64,000 nucleotides of DNA, taken from positions 3,712,001 to 3,776,000 of the forward strand of contig OZ252100.1 of NCBI GenBank assembly GCA_965248435.1. The letters are read 5' to 3'. The DNA is from Candidatus Latescibacterota bacterium. Lineage in GTDB: Bacteria > Latescibacterota > UBA2968 > GCA-2709665. The notes under the pieces were generated by a model. That model had not been told where the DNA came from. It was given only the letters and a program-made list of their open reading frames with translations, and made no database searches. Position numbers and translations under genes: made by a program. Below are positions 57,601-64,000 of the stretch, piece after piece; the stretch's first letter is position 1; each line of letters opens with the position of its first letter.

Positions 57601-57759
57601 GAGTTTGAGCCCGAGGACGCGAACTTCCTGAAGTACGGGGACTACCAAGACATGACCCGGTTTTCACTGGGGCAGAGCGAGTCCTACGGCGCGGTTACCG
57701 GCGGTGGCGTAGGGGAACAGCCGCGCCTGTTCGTCTTCGGCGCACGCCTGTCGTTCTAA
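54652..57759 (+). CDS. TonB-dependent receptor with N-terminal carboxypeptidase-regulatory-like domain
   Basis: Signal peptide; PLPGANV..GATTD..GYY; plug motif GGMDAEYGGASGGVI; SPRLGISHPIT; C-terminal Phe. Confidence 0.9.
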   Translation: MKYLLSFFCLLLAGLMIAFSPDNVMASTFGKVQGVVVDADGNPLPGANVVVEGTQRGATTDAEGYYLILAVDPGRHRVTASMVGYTTWTQEAVSVQSDFTAKLDFTLAEAALEAAEMVVTARRPAVEPDKTTSRYVVDIFDIQSVPLARDTDDLLELQPGVSVDGNVRLRGSDTAETNSAPQQYYEVDGVKMLNDDTYLDYQQWIPLNKGALQEVVVTVGGMDAEYGGASGGVISMVTRESGSRFGGQVEYRLQPPGVKHFGPNVYDSGWLKRYIGLANPWSDSEFTSSHSRTDYDEKIGHWIEGSIHGPLSENAGFFVNAKTDRTAPVTPNANMGPPDNFSGMGSLTFRTGGTMKFKLGGIYSTRDQYDGDQLGYFRRGPFIGKRFYFGGGTNATDASAMFLPEGFASHGVHTFKESALYLTATHTISPKTFYDIRVSWQNSRTTTDVAAAEGSSETKSRDSYGFTQQYSVYSLMDHDRKRISLKADVTSQVAKQILAKVGLEAYRYDLLAFEYHDLRPGGTERRIRMAGKGNIYDGWEPFNPKQVGAYVQTKMEFEGLVINAGVRADALHAGDIWVQDGQQWWHWWRMRRFENVPFRSTKWITNLSPRLGISHPITERSTVRFYSGVLHEMPSKQFLYDRGFRSRTVDTDVNGNGQIDQTELGNSLEQPHNQRYATTDLDPQRTVTFEAGVDWNFAGDYVLSSTAYFKDLEGQIMQRRYYWVANTDLWPDGVTKDNSFRSGNISTVKTSRGFELSFKKMFSQMTSFNLSWNTQWLKAGQGTWTVVFFHDPAFVDGPDFFLGVDSNSDGTETPRVPTAAERADYKARAQANFDAHLANVGADNGPQGYVLQPLRVEGYNQTFASHRAVYRLPTPTNGIDRRNYAALQFLFSAPADYEFKALAGSRVTMLYRIQGGTPYNYTPPDAPTQLRNSPINTVTDLNLEKDFSFGQSGTATAFVEIRNLFNQKDELPRTANYVRYGLSEFEPEDANFLKYGDYQDMTRFSLGQSESYGAVTGGGVGEQPRLFVFGARLSF

Positions 57760-57793
57760 ATGGCAGCGCATTCACACAGAAGGAGTCTTACCC

Positions 57794-60145
57794 ATGTTCG
57801 GTAATCACTTGAAGAGATGGGCGGTACTCGGCCTGGCTGCGGCTGCGTTGCTTGCCGTAGACACGCTGGGCGTCTCGGCCCAGATCAGCATGATGTCCTC
57901 CAGGCGCAACCTGGACCGTGGCAACGTGTGGAACGGGTTCGCGAACAACGGCGTCACCAGCTCGGCCTTCCCAGGGAAGGGCAACCGGGGGATGTGGATG
58001 CTGAGCTTCCCGGGGACCCCGGCGAGCTCGTGCGCGGCCCCTCAGGTGGACTGGTACTGGTTTGTCAAGCCAACGGGGCACTGCGGGGCCTACGAGGGCA
58101 CGATGTTTTCTGTGAGCGAGGGCCTGATCTCGCTGACACAGGTGGGGGGCGAAAAGTATGCCTCCTTTACGGGGCCGCGGCAGACCACCCCGGAGGTCCT
58201 CCCCCACACCTACGATATCCAGAACAGCCCCGAGGCGACCTGGGGCATCGACACGAAGTCGAGTAAATCCGATGCTAAGAAACCCGGAGAGAGCACGTCC
58301 AACTGGTATCCTGGGGCGACGCCGCTTTCCGGCGATCCGACGACCCAGCGTCCGTATGAGATCCACAACTACGACTACGGGATCTACTCGCCTATGCAGA
58401 ATATGGCCGAGACGATCATGATCTCGGAGTGGGAGTCGAACGAGCACGGCGGGTCCAACGCGCTCACGGCCAAGCGGAGAGTGCTGGCCTGGAGCAACCA
58501 GGACCTGGACGACATGCTCGTCCACGAGCTGGTCTGGACGAACACCTCCAACTCGCAGATCACGGGGGCCTACTTCGGGGGAATCAACGGCTTCAACATC
58601 AACCAGACCGGCAACACCTCCCGCTTCGGCTACCACGGCGGCCGGCACTATTTCAGAGACGATGATTCGGACGAGTGGATCGACTGGTCCGAGGCCGCCG
58701 GGTTCAAAGGGAACGCCAATCTTGTCGGGCGGAACTGGCACGTGCAGTGGGACGGGGACCTCCCGTTGACGCCTGACGACGACACGGGCGACCCGTTCAT
58801 TGCGGCGGTCTGCATCCTTGCTGCCTGCGTCGACCCGAGCTGGCTGAACGCGAGCCTACGGCCGGACGGCATGCCGCTTTCTCCGGACTACGTCGGGTAC
58901 GGCGCCCTGGCCTATAGGAGCAGCGGCACCGGGGCCTGGAACAACGCGGACGCTGCCGCGGGGTATGTGGAGCCCGCGGGAGATCCGCTCTTTCATTTCT
59001 GGAAGCAAGAGTCCGGGAACGATGTCGTGGACCCGGCGGACGGATTAGGCCCGGTCTCAAACGACGACCGCTACGCCGCCTGGACGGCGGCTTCCCACGC
59101 GCCGCCTTCGCAAGTGGAGCTGGGCTTCGTCGACGTGTTGTATGGGCCCTACACGATGGACTCGGGGGACCAGGTGAAGCTCGTGATGGCGAATGTGGTG
59201 GGCACCGGCTCTCACGTCACGATCAACTCCCAGACGGGATATCCTATAGACCCGACACAATGGCAGATGAACACGGTCGGGTCGAAGGGGACGGACGACG
59301 CGTTCCGCAATGCCGAGCTGGCCAAGGGCCACGATGGGCTGTGGACGAACATCAGCCACGCGGAGTTCGCCTACTCGAACGAGTGGCAGGTCCCCAACAC
59401 ACCGCCGGATGTCGAATTCACGGTGAAGAACAGCGATAGCGCTCAAAACCTGGTCGAATGGACCGGCGCCGCCGAAAGCGCGATCAACCCGGACTACGGG
59501 ACGGCCGACGTCGTGGCCTACCGTGTCTACCAGTCGCTCTATGCGGAATATGGTCCATGGATCATGAAGACCGAGGTCCCGGCCACCGGGGCGGGCACCT
59601 CCTATTCCTGGGCCGACAGTGAGTCCCTGGCCGGGTTCGCCAACTTCTACAACGTGCGGGCCGTGACCTCTGCGAAGTCGGTCTGGAGCGAGGGGACGAA
59701 GACCCTTGCGGATCTGCCCGCGCAGATGGCGTCTCACGTGACCGGCGGGATGGAGGGCGGCTATTCGGCACCTGAGCAGAGGACGCTGAAAGATTTTGTA
59801 CCGAGCCAGCCTCCGACGGCGGCCGGCGACGCGCTGGATACGCAGATCCGCGTGGTGCCCAACCCGCTGAACCAACGCGCGGCCAACCAGAGCTACGCCG
59901 GGGCGCTCAAGATGCGGTTCGTGGGCATCCCCACCCAGGCCAAGATCTCGATCTACAGCGTGGGCGGCGACCTGGTCTCGCAGCTCTACCACAGAAATAG
60001 CACCTCCGGTGAGGCCAAATTCACGCTGAAGAACGCTACGCTCACCAGCGAGCTGATGACGGGGGTCTACTACTGGGTGGTGGAGAGCCTGCTTCCCTCG
60101 AGTGCCGGGAAGACGCAGAGCGGTTACCTGGTCATCCACAGGTAG
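57794..60145 (+). CDS. Secreted protein with FN3-like region and T9SS CTD-like C-terminus
   Basis: Signal peptide; IRVVPNP...ISIYSVGGDLV...GVYYWVVES. Confidence 0.75.
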   Translation: MFGNHLKRWAVLGLAAAALLAVDTLGVSAQISMMSSRRNLDRGNVWNGFANNGVTSSAFPGKGNRGMWMLSFPGTPASSCAAPQVDWYWFVKPTGHCGAYEGTMFSVSEGLISLTQVGGEKYASFTGPRQTTPEVLPHTYDIQNSPEATWGIDTKSSKSDAKKPGESTSNWYPGATPLSGDPTTQRPYEIHNYDYGIYSPMQNMAETIMISEWESNEHGGSNALTAKRRVLAWSNQDLDDMLVHELVWTNTSNSQITGAYFGGINGFNINQTGNTSRFGYHGGRHYFRDDDSDEWIDWSEAAGFKGNANLVGRNWHVQWDGDLPLTPDDDTGDPFIAAVCILAACVDPSWLNASLRPDGMPLSPDYVGYGALAYRSSGTGAWNNADAAAGYVEPAGDPLFHFWKQESGNDVVDPADGLGPVSNDDRYAAWTAASHAPPSQVELGFVDVLYGPYTMDSGDQVKLVMANVVGTGSHVTINSQTGYPIDPTQWQMNTVGSKGTDDAFRNAELAKGHDGLWTNISHAEFAYSNEWQVPNTPPDVEFTVKNSDSAQNLVEWTGAAESAINPDYGTADVVAYRVYQSLYAEYGPWIMKTEVPATGAGTSYSWADSESLAGFANFYNVRAVTSAKSVWSEGTKTLADLPAQMASHVTGGMEGGYSAPEQRTLKDFVPSQPPTAAGDALDTQIRVVPNPLNQRAANQSYAGALKMRFVGIPTQAKISIYSVGGDLVSQLYHRNSTSGEAKFTLKNATLTSELMTGVYYWVVESLLPSSAGKTQSGYLVIHR

Positions 60146-60187
60146 GACGGACGAGAAAACAACCTCATTCATAAAGGGAAACACGCC

Positions 60188-61231
60188 ATGAAATGGATTG
60201 TATGCACCGTCACCGTCCTGGCGCTGGCTGCGGCTCTACCGTTTGCATCTGCCCCGGCATGGGCCCAGGCCGAAATTGTAACGACAGACTTCCAGGACAT
60301 CCCCTTCGAACCGAAGGCGTCGCTCTCGGACGAGACGCTGTCGGACTTCGACCGCTTTACGAAGCAGAATCCGTCCACATTCCACTTCCTGAAGATCGCG
60401 CCCACGGCCCGACTGGAGTCGATGGGTGAGGCCTTCTCGGCGGTGGCGGACGGGATGGACGCGATCTACTACAACCCCGCGGGGATCGCCAGCATCGAGA
60501 AGTTCGGGTGGTCCTTCGGTGGGATGCGGTGGTTCGGCGATATGGACTACTACACGGGGGCGCTCGCGATCAACACCAAGTTCGGTGTGCTCGGGTTTTC
60601 TGTGATCACCCTCAGTTTTCCGGACGTCGAGCAGACCACGGCCCTGGCCCCGGATGGCACGGGTTCGATGCTGGACCTGGGCGACACGGGCCTCGGTTTT
60701 CACTATGCCTATCAGATGACCGACAAGTTGTCGGCGGGCGTCCAGCTGCGTTACGTGAAGTCCAAGCTGGGCATTGACGAAGAGATCACCGCGGTCCTGC
60801 TGAGCGCGGGCACGATGATGCACACCGGGTTCGAGAGCCTCAGGATCGGCATGGGCATCAAGAACCTGGGGAGCGACGTCAGCGCGATCGAGATCTTCGA
60901 GTCGTCTCAGCCCGTGGTCTTCAACCTCGGCCTGGCCGGGGAGGTGATGGGCAACGTGGGCGACCCGATGTATGTGACGGCGGCCTTCGAGGGCGCCTAT
61001 CACACCGACTCCTGGCAGAGGTATCATCTGGGTGCGGAGCTGTGGCTGAATAACATGCTCGCGCTTCGCGCCGGGAACCGGTGGCGGTATGATGCGCAGA
61101 GCTGGAGTGTGGGCGCCGGCGTCAAGGGCACCTTCAGCGGTCGCAGCATTATGGCCGACGTGTCCTACTCAGAGCTGGATGAACTGCTCGACCACAAGCC
61201 GATTCGGTTTACGGTGAGCGGCGCGTTCTAG
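60188..61231 (+). CDS. PorV/PorQ family outer-membrane barrel
   Basis: FLKIAPTAR..SMGEA, IYYNPAG, IKNLG, LALRAG; C-terminal Phe. Confidence 0.88.
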   Translation: MKWIVCTVTVLALAAALPFASAPAWAQAEIVTTDFQDIPFEPKASLSDETLSDFDRFTKQNPSTFHFLKIAPTARLESMGEAFSAVADGMDAIYYNPAGIASIEKFGWSFGGMRWFGDMDYYTGALAINTKFGVLGFSVITLSFPDVEQTTALAPDGTGSMLDLGDTGLGFHYAYQMTDKLSAGVQLRYVKSKLGIDEEITAVLLSAGTMMHTGFESLRIGMGIKNLGSDVSAIEIFESSQPVVFNLGLAGEVMGNVGDPMYVTAAFEGAYHTDSWQRYHLGAELWLNNMLALRAGNRWRYDAQSWSVGAGVKGTFSGRSIMADVSYSELDELLDHKPIRFTVSGAF

Positions 61232-61280
61232 CGAAGGCAGAGCAGGCACTCGGCGAAATGCCGGGTGAGTCAGGTAATGC

Positions 61281-61320
61281 AAGCCGCCCGGAGCAGGAGC
61301 TCCGGGCGGCTTTATTATTT
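61281..61320 (+). terminator. Strong intrinsic terminator
   Basis: AAGCCGCCCGGAGC-agga-GCTCCGGGCGGCTT then tattattt. Confidence 0.85.
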
Positions 61321-61342
61321 CTCGAAATTCACGAATGCCCGC

Positions 61343-61962
61343 GCAGCGAGGAAATGAATTTCCACGCTGGAACGGCGGGAAGTCCGGACAAGCCGGACTC
61401 AATGCCGTCGCTCGTCGTTCGTAATTCGAGAGGTATCCATTCAATAGATGGCAGCGGATTGGCTTCGGGACGAGTCCGACGCAGGAGGACTTCTCGATTC
61501 TCCCAGCGCGGGAATTCATTCCCGCGCTGAGGGGGCTACCGCACGAATCCTAATGAAAGCCGTACGAAAGGAGGGGGCGGGGGAGGGGTCCCAGCCCGGG
61601 TCACATATTTTGCCCGGTCCTGCAGCGAGGAAATGAATTTCCACGCTCGAACGGCGGGAAGTCCGGACAAGCCGGACTGAATTCCGTCGCTCGTCGCTCG
61701 TCGTTCGTAATTCGAGACGTATCCATTCAATGGATTCAACGGATTGGCTTCTGGACGAGTCCGACGCAGGAGGACTTCCCGCTTCTCTCAGCGCGGGAAT
61801 TCATTCCCGCGCTGGGGCCCCCCCGCACGAATCCTAATGAAAGCCGTACGAAAGGAGGGGGCGGGGGAGGGGTCCCAGCCCGGGTCACGTATTTTGCCCG
61901 GTCCTGCAGCGAGGAAATGAATTTCCACGCTGGAACAGCAGGAAGTCCGGACAAGCCGGACT
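61343..61962 (+). mobile_element. Tandem array (about 280-bp period, about 2.2 units) of non-autonomous derivatives of the IS200-like element
   Basis: Units at 61343, 61622 and 61906; the complete units carry both end palindromes of 50268..50847 but no tnpA. Confidence 0.85.
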
Positions 61963-62116
61963 ATTCAACGCGTATCTATAGCATATGTTCAAAGGCAGGG
62001 AGAACGGCACATAAGAGGCGAGATCGATTTCGCTTTTAGAATTATTGCATCGGGCTACTTTATAGACTCGCACGACGCTGAAGAGGTACCGCGCGAATTC
62101 TCAGGAGAAACCCACC

Positions 62117-64000
62117 ATGTCAAAGACAGAGGGCCTCAAGCTGAGACTCCGTCACCTGGACTACCTGTGTCAGGTCCTCGAATTCGACTGGCCGGGAGGC
62201 GTGAGGGCAGACACGGTTTCAGCGACCGTCACGGTCACCCAGCCCTACGGGTTCGAGCAGAAGCTGACGTCTCAGGCGCTGCGTCGCGACGGCCGTGGCG
62301 AGGTGGAGATCGTCTATCCCCTGATCGATGACGGGCGTTTTGCCCCGGTGCGAAAATTCGGGCCCTGGAAGATGGGGCGATACCGGTTCGAGCTGAACCT
62401 GAAGGCGGGGCGGCGGGTGGTCGGCCGGGGCGCGCTGAACGTGGACCCCAACGCATTCTTCGGGGAGATCGGAGGACAGAAGCTGGCGCAGGTGGACTCG
62501 CTCCGACAGTTCATCGAATGTTGCACGGAGCGTGCTGTGTTTATCGATCACGAGGAGGTCGGGTTCACGATTCGGACGATCCCGGAACGGGTCAAGACGT
62601 GCACCGTCGAGGTGGACGTGGTGAGGGCGAAGGACGGGGTGAGGAAGGCGGGACCGATCCGACTCAATCTTGACAGAAAAATCAAGAAGAAACGCTTCGA
62701 CGGGGCGGGCTGGTCTCCGGGAGAGTACTGGCTGCGGGTGCGGGCGATTCGGAATGCCCAGCCAGCCGGGCCCTACATGGTGCGGCAGTTCTGGATGGAG
62801 CGGCCGTTTCGGCCGAAGGAGCCGGAACTCCCGCAGCGGCCGGGAGATCGACCCCAGCTTCTGGTGGACGGGTGGATCTTCTCTTCTTCGAAGGGGCTGC
62901 GTCACGAACCGGATCAGCTGGAGCGGCTGTCTGACGGCCCGGTGTTCGAGCTGGACCGGCCGTGGGAGGTCGGCCCTAGGGGCGCGGGGATCTCCTCGTT
63001 CTCGTGGGATGAGGAGGCAAAGCAGTTTCGCGTCACCTACACTTCCGGACCAATTCCGGATGACCCGAGGCTGTGGAAGATCGGGGTGGCCTCAGGTCTG
63101 ACCCAGTTCTCGACGCGCTACATCTGTCTGGCTGTCTCAGGGGACGGCGTGCACTGGGAGAAGCCGGAACTCGGCATCGTGGAGTACAACGGGTCGAAAC
63201 GGAACAACATCCTGAGGGACACCGCCGGAGAGGGATACCTGCTGTCGGGCGAATACGACAGCTACCCGGTTCCGGTGAAGGAGCGTCCGCTGCCCAGAAA
63301 ATATCGCTACCGTTTTTACGACGCCAAAAGGGACGGCCCGGTAGACATGGACAACTTCGCCTTCCGGGTTTTCATGGAGCGGAGCTGGGAACCGGACGAC
63401 CAGCGTGAAGGGGGGTTCAGGCCACAGGACCGCACTTTCTACGGCATGGAACGCCGGGGCGACCTCTTCCTGGTGCTCTCGCGGAGGCCGGTGCTCTACG
63501 GGGGGCGCGGCATGAACCTGCGGCACACGACGGAGCGGGCGTCCACGTATCCCTTCGAGGGGGAACCGGCGGCCCTCTTCAGGACGGTCGGAGGCGGATC
63601 CACGTCGAACTACTACCACAGGAAATCGAAGACGTTTTACTATTACTTCCGGCCGGACTGCCCGCCTTATCCGCCGAACGGGCTGCCCTATTACCTCTGG
63701 CACCAGAATATCGCTGCCCTCCGCACGCGCGCGGTCCTGTGGACGCAGGACGGCTTCAACTGGGGGCGGCGGCACATGGCGGTCCCGGACGAATACGACG
63801 CCCCGGGAACGACCCTCTACGGGTTCGGACATCTGGCCCCGTGGGGACGTCACGAGATGGATCCGGAGGGGCAGCTTGACCTCGGGGCCCTCCTCTACTG
63901 GGACCTGGCGACTCAGCTGAATCGACAGGAGATGATGTGGAGCAGAGATCGAATTCACTGGCACCGGTTCGGAGAGAACAGACGGCCCTTGCTTCCCGGG
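62117..64000 (+). CDS. Fifth, more divergent ~830-aa paralogue (3' truncated by window edge; absent from ORF track)
   Basis: AGGAG RBS; MSKTEGLKLRL...TQPYGFEQKLT...LAQVDSLRQFIECC...WEKPELG. Confidence 0.88.
   Translation, partial: MSKTEGLKLRLRHLDYLCQVLEFDWPGGVRADTVSATVTVTQPYGFEQKLTSQALRRDGRGEVEIVYPLIDDGRFAPVRKFGPWKMGRYRFELNLKAGRRVVGRGALNVDPNAFFGEIGGQKLAQVDSLRQFIECCTERAVFIDHEEVGFTIRTIPERVKTCTVEVDVVRAKDGVRKAGPIRLNLDRKIKKKRFDGAGWSPGEYWLRVRAIRNAQPAGPYMVRQFWMERPFRPKEPELPQRPGDRPQLLVDGWIFSSSKGLRHEPDQLERLSDGPVFELDRPWEVGPRGAGISSFSWDEEAKQFRVTYTSGPIPDDPRLWKIGVASGLTQFSTRYICLAVSGDGVHWEKPELGIVEYNGSKRNNILRDTAGEGYLLSGEYDSYPVPVKERPLPRKYRYRFYDAKRDGPVDMDNFAFRVFMERSWEPDDQREGGFRPQDRTFYGMERRGDLFLVLSRRPVLYGGRGMNLRHTTERASTYPFEGEPAALFRTVGGGSTSNYYHRKSKTFYYYFRPDCPPYPPNGLPYYLWHQNIAALRTRAVLWTQDGFNWGRRHMAVPDEYDAPGTTLYGFGHLAPWGRHEMDPEGQLDLGALLYWDLATQLNRQEMMWSRDRIHWHRFGENRRPLLPG

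Overview
GC-rich bacterial window. Gene content (PorV-family protein, DUF6785/DUF6784 membrane protein, several PhyH dioxygenases, sulfatases, beta-propeller glycosidase-like proteins) suggests an FCB-group organism such as Ca. Latescibacterota; this is inference only. All roughly 45 supportable genes are on the + strand. Main content: (1) a tandem array of at least four ~830-aa propeller-type glycosidase-like paralogues, plus a fifth at the right edge; the third copy looks like an unequal-crossover chimera. (2) Many apparently cytoplasmic catabolic enzymes: three ~508-aa propeller proteins, sulfatases, sialidase-like proteins, GH127, aconitase X, aldolases, an enolase-superfamily enzyme, SDRs, a TPP enzyme and PhyH dioxygenases. 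(3) A TonB-dependent receptor / T9SS-CTD-like protein / PorV triad. (4) A dense set of small intergenic repeats: a RAYT transposase with REPs, an IS200-like tnpA with a tandem array of its non-autonomous derivative, and four-helix-bundle gene cassettes bracketed by inverted GGGTACC arms, whose left arm recurs about ten more times just after stop codons. I also found several gene remnants, an in-frame UGA at a Trp position, and two paralogues of an unrecognised ~240-aa family. No rRNA, complete tRNA, CRISPR array or reverse transcriptase was seen. All family assignments are by motif recognition, not database search.
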